Assembly: GCA_030647355.1 (NCBI GenBank)
Contig: JAUSIS010000013.1
Location: forward strand, 48,353-112,352
DNA from: a bacterium
GTDB taxonomy: Bacteria; Patescibacteriota; UBA1384; VFKW01
Length of the DNA: 64,000 bases
Reading direction: 5' to 3'
Positions 1-9,915 of the stretch are shown in pieces. Each line of letters starts with the position of its first letter. The first letter of the stretch is position 1. Under the pieces are notes generated by a model, which was not told where the DNA came from, searched no databases, and was given only the letters and a program-made list of their open reading frames with translations. Position numbers and translations under genes: made by a program.

Positions 1-855
1 AAAGAAAACGATTCAGTTATTTTCTTCAACTTCAGACCAGATAGAATGCGTCAATTAGTAGAGCTTTTCCTTTTTCCCAGAAGCGATATGCCGGACAAAC
101 TGACTCTTAAAAAACTGCACCCAGTATCTATGACCAACTATAACGAAAGCATGCCGATCGACGTCGCCTTTCCGCTCCAGCACGTAAAATCTACTGTTGC
201 CAAGATAATTAGCGAAAATCATATGACCCAACTCCACATTGCTGAAACGGAAAAATATGCCCATGTTACTTATTTCTTCAATGGCGGCTACCCCCAAATC
301 AACCCTGGTGAAAAATGGCAGCTTATTCCTTCCCCGCCCGTACCAACATTTGATAAAAAACCTGAAATGTCAGCCCAGCAAATAACAGATTATGTTATAG
401 AACAGAACAAAGCTACACCATTTGATTTTATCCTCATTAATTTCGCCAACGCCGATATGGTGGGACACACCGGCAACTACAAAGCGACCGTCAAAGCAAT
501 CGAAGCTATAGACCGCCAACTAGGTTGCCTAACCAAGACCTTTCCGGATAGCTACTTATTAATAGGAGCCGATCACGGCAATGCCGAAGAAATGATTGAT
601 TCGCAAACAGGCGAAACCAATACCGGTCATTCAATAAATCCAGTCCCCTTTATTATCGCCCACCCATCCCTCAAACTCTCCAAACCTCAACCGAAAACTA
701 CCGATCCGGCAGCTATGATTGCCGACATTGCTCCGACTGTTCTCGCCCTCTTAGGGTTAAAACCCTCCGCCGAGATGACTGGCATCAATCTACTTGAAAA
801 CATGGGACCCCAAATATCCCAAAAAATCAACCATCAAATAACGGATAAAGGATAG
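1..855 (+). CDS. gpmI: 2,3-bisphosphoglycerate-independent phosphoglycerate mutase (5'-truncated by window edge)
   Basis: Frame open from base 1 (KENDSVIFFNFRPDRMRQ); motifs AETEKYAHVTYFFNGG, NFANADMVGHTG, ADHGNAE. Confidence 0.95.
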   Translation, partial: KENDSVIFFNFRPDRMRQLVELFLFPRSDMPDKLTLKKLHPVSMTNYNESMPIDVAFPLQHVKSTVAKIISENHMTQLHIAETEKYAHVTYFFNGGYPQINPGEKWQLIPSPPVPTFDKKPEMSAQQITDYVIEQNKATPFDFILINFANADMVGHTGNYKATVKAIEAIDRQLGCLTKTFPDSYLLIGADHGNAEEMIDSQTGETNTGHSINPVPFIIAHPSLKLSKPQPKTTDPAAMIADIAPTVLALLGLKPSAEMTGINLLENMGPQISQKINHQITDKG

Positions 856-864
856 GGCTTCAAA

Positions 865-1659
865 CTAATCGAGTCTAAACAATCTTTCAGCATTTGCTGT
901 TGTTTTTTGAATTACCAATTGGGGATCAATGTGACGAACTTCGGCAATCCTCTCTGCCACATATCTAACATTGTCTGGTTCGTTGCGTCTACCCCGCACT
1001 GGAGCCGGAGCAAGGAACGGACTATCAGTCTCAATAACAATTCTATCCAAATCCGCCTCCCGCACTGCCCGTAGAAGCTCCTCATCTTTTGTATAGGTAA
1101 TAAGTCCCGTAAAACCAATATAAAACCCCAGATCAATTATCCTTCTGGCTTGCGATAAATTACCGGTAAAGCAATGAACCACTCCACATCCCTTGGCTTG
1201 AAGAGTTAAAATCTCAATAACTTCATCAAATGCATCTCGACAGTGAATAATTGCCGGGAGCCCATGGCGACCAGCCAATCGCATAGCTTCAATAAAGAAA
1301 TCAACCTGAAATCGCCGCTCTCCTTTCAACCGAAAAAAATCCAAACCGATTTCCCCTAACGCTACCACCTTTTGCTCACCCATCTGGCAATCAAGCTCTG
1401 TCAATTTATGTTCTAGATCAGTCTTACAGTATTTTTGCACGTTAATTGGGTGAAAACCAACTGCCGCCCATACATTTTTCCATTTATCCGCCATCTCAAC
1501 TGCCTTCTGGTTAGTTTCTAGATCAACACCAACAACTATCATTTTTTTCACGCCAGAATTTACTACTCGCTTAATAACTTCATCTCTGTCCGAGTCGAAG
1601 TCAAGAAAGTTCAGATGGCAGTGTGTATCAATGAGATAAGGAGTCAATATATGAGACAT
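865..1659 (-). CDS. tatD: TatD family deoxyribonuclease
   Basis: IDTHCHL, GFHP, GEIGLD, HCR, HCF, ETDSPFLAP motifs. Confidence 0.95.
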   Translation of the reverse strand: MSHILTPYLIDTHCHLNFLDFDSDRDEVIKRVVNSGVKKMIVVGVDLETNQKAVEMADKWKNVWAAVGFHPINVQKYCKTDLEHKLTELDCQMGEQKVVALGEIGLDFFRLKGERRFQVDFFIEAMRLAGRHGLPAIIHCRDAFDEVIEILTLQAKGCGVVHCFTGNLSQARRIIDLGFYIGFTGLITYTKDEELLRAVREADLDRIVIETDSPFLAPAPVRGRRNEPDNVRYVAERIAEVRHIDPQLVIQKTTANAERLFRLD

Positions 1660-2482
1660 AAACGATACATCCTAAAATTATTACTGACGAAAATATTGTT
1701 TTCCAACTCACTCTCTCCTTGAAATACTTCGCCGAGATCATATATAGAATGATAGGCGATGCGATTAAAAACAAGGTAGTTTTTACTATCCCAAAATCCT
1801 TATAACCATAAAACCGAAAAATCATATATGCCGCCCCCATTACCGCAGAGAGTACCGTAAGCTTAACATTTTCCCTGGAAGCTAAATTAAAATGCGGCCG
1901 AAAAACAATCACGTAGCACAAAAAAACAAAACCCGTTCTGAAAGCGTATAAGCTGACCGGCGAATAAACCTTAAGTAGTTCATTGATTACAATTGCCTCA
2001 ACTGCCATTAAAAATACAGCGATTAAGAGATTTACCGAATAACTATTGAATTGAAAATGCCCTTTCTCTATTTTTGCCGCTATAAGGAATATCCCAGCCA
2101 CAATCGCAGCAATAAATACACGAATATCAACTTGAGTCGGAGAGTAAATAGACGCTAATATTATCGTGGCCAATGGCGCAAGCATTATAATCATTTCGTG
2201 CTCATGTAACTTTTCCTTCTGGATACTCACTGACGCCAGATAATTCCAAGTCACAGCTAAAAAAATCATCGTGATGAAGAGTATCAAATATTTTGGCTGA
2301 AATACTAATGCATGATCAACTGCCCCCAGAAAAGGCGTAAGTAGTGCCGATATAAAAAAAATAAATAAGAAAACTAGTGATAGATAAAGACCTATCGACA
2401 TTCGTTTCCTTGCTAAAACAATCTTATCTATAGTAAGACCTAATGTATTAGCTACCATAGCAACTATAGGAATGAGAAACAT
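1628..2482 (-). CDS. DMT/EamA-like membrane transporter
   Basis: About 10 hydrophobic helices in two repeated halves; 284 aa. Confidence 0.6.
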   Translation of the reverse strand: MFLIPIVAMVANTLGLTIDKIVLARKRMSIGLYLSLVFLFIFFISALLTPFLGAVDHALVFQPKYLILFITMIFLAVTWNYLASVSIQKEKLHEHEMIIMLAPLATIILASIYSPTQVDIRVFIAAIVAGIFLIAAKIEKGHFQFNSYSVNLLIAVFLMAVEAIVINELLKVYSPVSLYAFRTGFVFLCYVIVFRPHFNLASRENVKLTVLSAVMGAAYMIFRFYGYKDFGIVKTTLFLIASPIILYMISAKYFKERVSWKTIFSSVIILGCIVYVSYIDSLSH

Positions 2483-2504
2483 TACAGCCCTCCAACTTTA
2501 GTCC

Positions 2505-3923
2505 CTATCCCTTGCCGCCTATTCTCAAAAACAACGGCTTCGGCTCTAAACTCTCCAATTGCCGGTTAATTTCCTTGCTCGTTTCAGGCATAAACGGTAT
2601 CAAACATTTACTTATGACCCTCATATAGTTATGAATAATATTTAATATCTCTGCACATTTTTTCGGATTTTTCTCAGCCAAATCCCACGGCTTATTATTC
2701 TCAATCAACTTATTAAGCCATTGTACTATTGCATTAATTTTAGTAAGCGCTAACACAAAATCCATCTCTTCAATTGCCATATTTACAATCCCGACTAATT
2801 CAATATCTTCATAATCACCTTTTGGTTTAATGTTTACTCTATATTTATTAATCATAGTCAAAGTTCTCTGCAGTAAATTCCCCAGATCATTTGCCAGATC
2901 AGCATTATATGTCTGGGTCATTCTCTCCCAAGAAAAATCACCATCTTTGTCAAAAGACAACTCCTTCAAAAGTAAATAACGAGTCGCCTCTTTGCCATAT
3001 CTCTCAATCATATCCGAAGCCTTTACCACATTTCCCAGCGTCTTAGACATTTTCTGTCCGTCAACTGAAATAAAACCATGCACATAGATTTTCTTTGGCA
3101 ATTGATCATTTTCATAGCCAGCCGCCATCAACATTGCCGGCCACAGCGCCGCATGAAAACGCAAAATATCCTTCCCGATAATATGTAAATCGGCCGGCCA
3201 GTACTTCTTTGGATACAAATAATTAGTTAGGGCGTCAAACCACACATACATCACATGCATTGGATCATTGGGCACTTCGATCCCCCAATTCAGCTTTTCT
3301 TTCGGCCGGGAAATACTAACATCTTCCAATCCGCTTTTCAGCAAACTCTTAACCTCATTGAATCGGAAATCCGGCTGAACAAATGTTGGATTATCTTTAT
3401 ATAATTTCTCTAACTTCTCCTGAAAAGCCGCCAGCTTAAAAAACCAATTCTCTTCTTCGACAATCTCGGGAATTAAATTTGGATGATTGGGACATCGCTC
3501 ATTAACTAACTCGCTTTTGTTCTTCATCATCTCGCAGCCAACGCAGTACACCCCCGAATAAAACTTTTTATATATATAGCCGTTTTCCAATGCCTTAGAC
3601 CAAATTTCTCGCGCGTTCTTCTTGTGCTCCTCGCTGGTCGTTCGAATAAAATAATCATAGGTAAGGTTCAGCTGCACCTTAAGATCCAAATATTTCTCAA
3701 TCAGCTTATCAACAAATTTCTTTGGCTCCATTTTCGCTTTAACGGCATTCATCTGCACACTAAACCCGTGTTCGTCAGCACCCGTCAAGAAAAAAGTATC
3801 ATCTTTCAGCACATCCCGATGATATCTAGCCACTACATCAGTCGCCAAAATCTCCTGACCATACCCGATATGCGGCTCGGCATTGATATAAGCAATTGAA
3901 TTGGTAACATAAAACTTCTTCAT
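2505..3923 (-). CDS. metG: methionine--tRNA ligase (short form, no C-terminal tRNA-binding domain)
   Basis: PHIGY (HIGH-like), YVWFDAL, GKDILRFH, KMSKT motifs. Confidence 0.96.
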   Translation of the reverse strand: MKKFYVTNSIAYINAEPHIGYGQEILATDVVARYHRDVLKDDTFFLTGADEHGFSVQMNAVKAKMEPKKFVDKLIEKYLDLKVQLNLTYDYFIRTTSEEHKKNAREIWSKALENGYIYKKFYSGVYCVGCEMMKNKSELVNERCPNHPNLIPEIVEEENWFFKLAAFQEKLEKLYKDNPTFVQPDFRFNEVKSLLKSGLEDVSISRPKEKLNWGIEVPNDPMHVMYVWFDALTNYLYPKKYWPADLHIIGKDILRFHAALWPAMLMAAGYENDQLPKKIYVHGFISVDGQKMSKTLGNVVKASDMIERYGKEATRYLLLKELSFDKDGDFSWERMTQTYNADLANDLGNLLQRTLTMINKYRVNIKPKGDYEDIELVGIVNMAIEEMDFVLALTKINAIVQWLNKLIENNKPWDLAEKNPKKCAEILNIIHNYMRVISKCLIPFMPETSKEINRQLESLEPKPLFLRIGGKG

Positions 3924-3926
3924 TTA

Positions 3927-4592
3927 TTACTCTCCGGTAACTGGTGGAACCGCAGCCGATTCGTCTTGAGAATTAGTTGTATTGCTTATTTCTCCGCTAT
4001 CCACACGCTCAACAATATTCTTAATTAAATCACTGCCTCGAAGCTTATTCTCTTGATTCTCTCCAAACGCCCGATGCACCTGTGCCGTTCCCGAGGTTGA
4101 AGTAGCCTCTACGGCCCCGCGCACCGTCGGTAAACCTGTCTCATTGCCTGAATTTGGCGTTGCCGATTCCGATATAGCTGGTTGGGTTGGTAAAGATTCA
4201 GTACTTGCAGATGTTTTTATTTGGTTTGCGTCATTTAATATAGACTCTTTGGGCGTTGGCGTTCCCGACGGACTAATGTTTGCCGGTTTGGGCGATTCAA
4301 CCATTGGTGTAATTGGCTGTATCGTCCTATATCTCGATCTCGATGCCTGCCCTAAAATATTTCCTTGATTAGTCTGCAGAAAATCTGCCTTAAATTGCTC
4401 TGATTTTGCTACATTGGCCGTACTCCCCGATATATTTACATTACCATAAGCATCAAGCTTGATATTTTTCGGATCAATCTGTACACCATAATTTCTAGAA
4501 GTATCTCGAGCTAACTTTGATAGCCCCGCCTTATTCAATATTTGTTTTGGATCTTTAGGTTTGAAACTAAAACTTACATTCTGTGAAGGCAT
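3927..4592 (-). CDS. hypothetical protein, Pro/Ser/Thr-rich low complexity
   Basis: 221-aa ORF packed between rsmI and metG on the same strand. Confidence 0.65.
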   Translation of the reverse strand: MPSQNVSFSFKPKDPKQILNKAGLSKLARDTSRNYGVQIDPKNIKLDAYGNVNISGSTANVAKSEQFKADFLQTNQGNILGQASRSRYRTIQPITPMVESPKPANISPSGTPTPKESILNDANQIKTSASTESLPTQPAISESATPNSGNETGLPTVRGAVEATSTSGTAQVHRAFGENQENKLRGSDLIKNIVERVDSGEISNTTNSQDESAAVPPVTGE

Positions 4593-5242
4593 ATTACAAA
4601 CTCCCCTCTTTTTTCTATTTGGGGTAAAGAAGCGACTATCTTCTTTAGATCTCCCCGTATAATTGTTTCGTGCATTTTTGTTAATTCCCTACCGATTACC
4701 ACTTGCGCATCCACACCGAAATAATTTAGCAGTTCAATCATTGTTTTCTCAAACCGTTGCGGTGATTCATAAAAAATTATCGGCCTCTTCTCTTTTTGAA
4801 GCGCTTTTAGTAAAGTCTGACGCCCTTTTTTCTTCGGTAAAAAACCCAAAAACAGGAACTCGTCAGAATTAAAACCCAACACAGAAACCAGCGTTGTCAA
4901 AGCCGACGGACCGGGAATCGGAACCACCTTAACACCAGCTTCTATCGCCGCCGCCGCCAACACTCCGCCCGGATCGCTGACCCCTGGTGTACCAGCATCG
5001 CTCACCAGAGCGCAAGATTCACCACTTATTAACCTTCCAATTATCCAATCCACTTTCGAAATTTTGGAATGTTGATGATATGAAACCAATGGCTTGTTAA
5101 CAAAATAGTGTGATAACAAAATTCCTGAATGCCTGGTATCCTCGCAAGCTACAAAATTAACTGATTTTAATATTTCCACCGCCCGATAGGTAATATCCCC
5201 TAAATTACCAATCGGCGTAGCAACTATATAAAGTGTTCCCAT
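4574..5242 (-). CDS. rsmI: 16S rRNA C1402 2'-O-methyltransferase
   Basis: LYIVATPIGNLGDIT, ACEDTR, SDAGTPGVSDPG, YESP, RELTK. Confidence 0.96.
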   Translation of the reverse strand: MGTLYIVATPIGNLGDITYRAVEILKSVNFVACEDTRHSGILLSHYFVNKPLVSYHQHSKISKVDWIIGRLISGESCALVSDAGTPGVSDPGGVLAAAAIEAGVKVVPIPGPSALTTLVSVLGFNSDEFLFLGFLPKKKGRQTLLKALQKEKRPIIFYESPQRFEKTMIELLNYFGVDAQVVIGRELTKMHETIIRGDLKKIVASLPQIEKRGEFVICLHRM

Positions 5243-5303
5243 CGATTTTAGCTTAACAGATAAGATTTAGCTTGACAATAGTAGGCCTCACGGCAAGTTT
5301 TTC

Positions 5304-6677
5304 CTAGAAAAATGAATATATAGTAGCTACTCCAGCCACTGTCATTAGCCCTGCACACAACCAACCTAATATTTTCGAACCCATACCGCTGGCATGCACA
5401 CCCATAATTTTCTTACTTGAACTAGTAAGCACAATGATGATAAGAAGAAGCGGCGCTGCCAAACCATTAGCCACCGCCGCATAGATTAATGCTTTTATCG
5501 GATCCAGACCAATAAAATTTATCCCTAATCCTACCAGCGTAGCAATTATTATTACCCCGTAGAATGCCGATGCTTTCTTTAATTCATAATGTAAACCTTC
5601 TCTCCATCCAAAACTCTCTGACAAAGCATAGGAAATGCTCCCCGCCAAAACCGGAATCGCTAATAGTCCAATGCCGATGATTCCCACTGCAAATAGTAGA
5701 TAGGCATTGTCTCCGGCAATCGGTCGCAGTGCGTCTGCCGCATCGGAAGCAGTCGCGATATTAGTTATCCCAGCTTTATACAACACTGATGCGCATACCG
5801 AAACGATAAAAAACATCACTGCATTTGAATAAAACATCCCTGACCAGACGTCTGTCCTCATCTTTTTTAGCTTCTCCGGCGTTACACCGTCCTGCCTAAG
5901 TTTTATTGTCACCTCACCCAACAAGGTCTCTTCTTCAACTTCCTGGGAAGCTTGCCAGAAAAATAGATATGGCGAAATAGTCGTTCCTAAAATCCCGCAA
6001 ATCAAAATAATCTGTTCTTTTGATAAACTTAAAGATGGAATCACCGTACTTCGTAGTGCACTCACCCAATCCATCTTCACAGTTGGCAGAAATGCTGTAA
6101 TCACATATGCTATTAGCACAAACGATAGGTACTTTAAATATTTTGAATAAACTTTATAACTAACAAAAATCTGTAAAAATAGCGTTAGGATGGTAAAAAA
6201 TACTGCCAAAAAACCAAATGCAATTGCCGGCGTTAGTAATCTCATCGCCTCGGACATTGCCGCTATATCCGCTCCAATATTAAAAGTATTAGCGGCAAAT
6301 AGTAATAAAGTCGCTGCAATTAACACCCATCTTGGAAAATAATTTTTAATATTCGCCGCCAAACCTCGGCCCGTTACAATCCCGATACGCGCACACATCT
6401 CCTGCACACCGGCCATCAAGGGAAAAGTAAATAACGCTAACCAGTTTAACTGAAATCCGTATTTTGCTCCTTCTTGAGAATATGTAACTATTCCTGAACA
6501 ATCGTCATCGGCCGCCCCAGTCGTCAATCCCGGTCCCAGAGTCTTCCAATATGCCTTCGCTTTTTTAGCCGGCTCATCCATATTTAATTTCTCGCCAATA
6601 GTTTCCGAGACTTCCATCGTTTTTTCCAAAACAAGAGCCGGCGCTTCTACTACTTTTTCAATAATACTCTTACTCAT
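5304..6677 (-). CDS. NRAMP-family divalent metal transporter
   Basis: GPGLTTGAADDDxSGIVTYSQ, QEMCARIG, GTTISPYLFFWQ. Confidence 0.88.
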   Translation of the reverse strand: MSKSIIEKVVEAPALVLEKTMEVSETIGEKLNMDEPAKKAKAYWKTLGPGLTTGAADDDCSGIVTYSQEGAKYGFQLNWLALFTFPLMAGVQEMCARIGIVTGRGLAANIKNYFPRWVLIAATLLLFAANTFNIGADIAAMSEAMRLLTPAIAFGFLAVFFTILTLFLQIFVSYKVYSKYLKYLSFVLIAYVITAFLPTVKMDWVSALRSTVIPSLSLSKEQIILICGILGTTISPYLFFWQASQEVEEETLLGEVTIKLRQDGVTPEKLKKMRTDVWSGMFYSNAVMFFIVSVCASVLYKAGITNIATASDAADALRPIAGDNAYLLFAVGIIGIGLLAIPVLAGSISYALSESFGWREGLHYELKKASAFYGVIIIATLVGLGINFIGLDPIKALIYAAVANGLAAPLLLIIIVLTSSSKKIMGVHASGMGSKILGWLCAGLMTVAGVATIYSFF

Positions 6678-6695
6678 CGCCCCTCGCTTCTCTTT

Positions 6696-7532
6696 CTAGC
6701 TTAAATCCTTCATAGTATTAGTCAATGATTTCCACTGTATAGTGTCTAAATCCTCTGCTCTGAGCTTCGGATCAATCTGCGCCTTAAATAATATCTCTCG
6801 AATTTTGGCTGGCTCCAAATGCAAACCTCCTGCTAGAGAATTAATTAGCTGCCGTCTTTTTTGAGAAAAACCAGCTTTCACCACTTTTAAGCAAGCTGAC
6901 ACATCAATATCCGTGGGTTGCCTAATATCATCTATTATTAAGATAGCGCTTGCCACTTTTGGCCTCGGAAAAAAATGTTCTGCCGGTATAAAACGTGAAA
7001 TCTGAGCTCTCCCGAACAACTCTACCAGTATAGTTACCCACCCCCTCTTAGCGCTTCCGGGTTTAGCCGACAATCTCTCCGCCACTTCTTTCTGTACCAT
7101 AACTACCATCTTAGAAGGCAACAAACCTGATTCCAAAAATCTCCGAATCGCTGGAGTAGTTATTTGATAGGGCAAATTAGAGACAACCTTGAACAATCCC
7201 CCCAACGGTAGTTCTTCTTTCAGAAAATCGCCCACTATCAATTCTAAATTATTATACTGCGGCAAAATTTTCTCCCTGACCACTTTCGCTACTCGCGCAT
7301 CCATCTCATAGGCAATAACTTTACCTGCCTGCTGGCACAATTCCTGAGTCAGAGTTCCTATCCCTGTGCCAATTTCTACTACCGTGTCTTCGGAGTTTAT
7401 ATCCGCAGCTTCTACCATCGCCACTAAATCTTCCTTATCAACTAAAAAATGCTGGCCAAGCGACTTCTCAAGTCTTAAGCCATACTCATTTAAGATCCTT
7501 GTTAATACTTCTCTCTCTGTAAAATCAATCAT
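6696..7532 (-). CDS. rsmA: 16S rRNA adenine dimethyltransferase KsgA/RsmA
   Basis: KSLGQHFL, EIGTGIG, SNLPYQI, QKEVAERL. Confidence 0.96.
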   Translation of the reverse strand: MIDFTEREVLTRILNEYGLRLEKSLGQHFLVDKEDLVAMVEAADINSEDTVVEIGTGIGTLTQELCQQAGKVIAYEMDARVAKVVREKILPQYNNLELIVGDFLKEELPLGGLFKVVSNLPYQITTPAIRRFLESGLLPSKMVVMVQKEVAERLSAKPGSAKRGWVTILVELFGRAQISRFIPAEHFFPRPKVASAILIIDDIRQPTDIDVSACLKVVKAGFSQKRRQLINSLAGGLHLEPAKIREILFKAQIDPKLRAEDLDTIQWKSLTNTMKDLS

Positions 7533-7586
7533 ATAAACTTCAATCCTGCTAATTTTCTATATACCATACTCTTCTTTTTCTTGGTC

Positions 7587-7720
7587 GTTAGGAGATTATT
7601 CATTGAGCACCTATCACAGGCGAGCAAGCTTGGTGTCGCTTCAGTGACTTGCGAGCCGAGGTAGAGAGGCAATTTTCGCTGGAAAAATTGAACGCGTGTG
7701 CTCAAGAATAATCTCCTAAC
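7587..7720. repeat. structured intergenic element, copy 1 (23-bp closing inverted repeat)
   Basis: 7587-7610 pairs with 7698-7720 with one bulge; internal core shared with the copy at 44374-44507. Confidence 0.7.
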
Positions 7721-7726
7721 ATCCCG

Positions 7727-8794
7727 CTATCTCCCTAAATCCCCGCAAATCCGACTCGTATTAGGCCACTTAGTATATCGGCTTGCCCATGCTTTAGCAG
7801 CTGCATTAATTTGAGCATAAGGATCGAAAATATCATGATCACCCCAACCGGATGCTGACCAAGTGCGGTTATCATATTGAAACAGGCCCCTATACTTGCC
7901 ATGGGTTGTCTGAGCATAGGGATAACCCCCCGATTCGCACATCATAACTCGGTACATCGCATCCGGATCCGCTCCATATTTAACCGCGGCTTCATTAATC
8001 CAATCTTTATACGGACCATCGAAACCAACCGGTTTCGTGCCTATTGAAACAAGCTTATCTCTGACCTGACTCACCATCTTATCTTCCAAAAGCTCTCTTT
8101 TAATCTCACCGCCCTGTAGCTTCACCACCCTCCACTTAAGCTGCCTATCGCCTATTATTCCTGCCTCTTTTATTCTGACCTTACCGCTAGGTAGCCATGG
8201 ATCGTCCTTAACTACAACATTAAAAGGAGTATAAAAATGTTCGACTTGTATCCCATCATCCGCCCGAGTAATATTGATAGTCATTCCGGGTTCAATAAGT
8301 GCTGATTTATTGGGCGTAATGACATCATATTCCCCAAGTTCGATTTCCTTCTCGGCTAAAAAATCACCGACTCTCTTTCCCCAGGTTCTATACGTGATAG
8401 ATTGCCCATTATCATTAAGTAATACGGACGATGCCCTCCGCACAGTGATCTGGCTTCCCACACCCAATCTGGGATCGGGAAAGAAATCAACATGATCTTC
8501 CGGAAAAACTAAAATCCTTTCTTCCTCCAGCATCCTGACCGAATCACTAAGTTTACTATTGGAAAAATAGACTTCAATTTTGGCTGGCGCTCGCTTTTCT
8601 ACATAATCAAAATCCGCCCGTCCTTCACGAGAAACAAGGTTTCGAGATATTGCCTTAACCGAAATATCACTAGCTCCCTTAACAATCCCCAATCTCGAAC
8701 TCTTGGGCTGGGTACTTGGGAAACGATTATAAAATCCCACTGCAGGCACAATACCAAATATTATTACTAAAATAATAAAGTGGCGCTTAAAAAT
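7727..8794 (-). CDS. RpfB/YabE-like protein: DUF348 + G5 + lysozyme-like transglycosylase domain (proposed ATT start at 8794; ORF track start 8749)
   Basis: G5-like GIIGDRQLKW...SIGTK; C-terminal MMCESGG...GLFQY...TW; the extension adds a signal anchor behind a strong SD. Confidence 0.8.
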   Translation of the reverse strand: MFKRHFIILVIIFGIVPAVGFYNRFPSTQPKSSRLGIVKGASDISVKAISRNLVSREGRADFDYVEKRAPAKIEVYFSNSKLSDSVRMLEEERILVFPEDHVDFFPDPRLGVGSQITVRRASSVLLNDNGQSITYRTWGKRVGDFLAEKEIELGEYDVITPNKSALIEPGMTINITRADDGIQVEHFYTPFNVVVKDDPWLPSGKVRIKEAGIIGDRQLKWRVVKLQGGEIKRELLEDKMVSQVRDKLVSIGTKPVGFDGPYKDWINEAAVKYGADPDAMYRVMMCESGGYPYAQTTHGKYRGLFQYDNRTWSASGWGDHDIFDPYAQINAAAKAWASRYTKWPNTSRICGDLGR

Positions 8795-8856
8795 CCTTCC
8801 CTCCCTTTTATTTAATTATAGCAAATAGCAAAAATCTATATAGTGGATAATAAAAA

Positions 8857-9813
8857 CTACAACACTTTCTCTACACGAACCCTTGGAATAAGCCCTTGCG
8901 AAAGAGGAACTCCTAATGCTTCAAATGCTCCGGTAGATAAATCAATTACCCGATCGCCCCTTAACCCTCCACCCGAAGATGTCACTTCAATACTCTTACC
9001 ATTAGCCAAATTTGTAACCCTTAATCGCGTCCCTTTCGGCACCAAATTACAGGCACCGATCATTCGACTGGTTCTCACGTAATAACTCGCTACACCAGTT
9101 GCAACATTAGCAGTCAAGACTTTAGTTCCTCTTATAACCACTGCATCAACTACTTCTTTAATAATCTTATCACTTATCAAATCTTTAGAAACCAGCTTAC
9201 CATTTTCACGTCTTATCTGGTAAATACATTCCCGTAGACCATTCACCCCTGCCGTCTTTACTTTACTTTTACCTTTATCCAAACTAGGATCATTCTCATA
9301 AATCGTTTTGAAAGAAATTTTTGTATTCTCTGTAATTTGACTCTCGGTTACACGAATAATTTTCACTACTAAACTATTGGAAATATTAGTAGCTAAAGAA
9401 GGATTAACCAAATCTTTATCCCCAACCTCGATTGATTTCTCTTGAAATAAACCACCTACCGTGCCCGCCCAAGTCCGATAATTCACTTGTTCATTTCCAT
9501 CATAAACAATAACCGGAGTAGCTCTATGAATACTGATAATACTCCCCATCCCTAGTTCAGGATCGGGAAATAGCTTGACCTTATCTTCCGGATAAACCGT
9601 GACTTGCAAAGCATCGAGCATATCCCCTATTTTCCTGTATCTATCACTGCCCATATATGTTTCTTGGGGATGATTACTATCGCTCGCTGCTACAGCACCC
9701 AAAACAAAGCCCTTACCCGCAACTAAATCAGGCTGCTTTCCCCTATTAACAAAAAATAGAACGGCAAAACTGGCAATCAAACAAAATATTATTATAATTC
9801 GAACTCGGTTTAT
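8857..9813 (-). CDS. YabE-like protein: DUF348 + G5 + RlpA/DPBB-like domain (proposed ATA start at 9813; ORF track start 9780)
   Basis: G5 GVNG...VIRGTK; C-terminal GVASYY...GTRLRVTNLANGKSI...RVIDLS; paralogous to the neighbour (PED..FPDP.LG.GS.I). Confidence 0.8.
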   Translation of the reverse strand: MNRVRIIIIFCLIASFAVLFFVNRGKQPDLVAGKGFVLGAVAASDSNHPQETYMGSDRYRKIGDMLDALQVTVYPEDKVKLFPDPELGMGSIISIHRATPVIVYDGNEQVNYRTWAGTVGGLFQEKSIEVGDKDLVNPSLATNISNSLVVKIIRVTESQITENTKISFKTIYENDPSLDKGKSKVKTAGVNGLRECIYQIRRENGKLVSKDLISDKIIKEVVDAVVIRGTKVLTANVATGVASYYVRTSRMIGACNLVPKGTRLRVTNLANGKSIEVTSSGGGLRGDRVIDLSTGAFEALGVPLSQGLIPRVRVEKVL

Positions 9814-9915
9814 ATACCCTCCGAAAGCTACAAAACCAATATTACCAGTGACTTCAAAATAGTCAATAGTGTACTAGGGTAGTTCGCTAGCCCTCGCCTT
9901 GTTTCAGCATCACCG

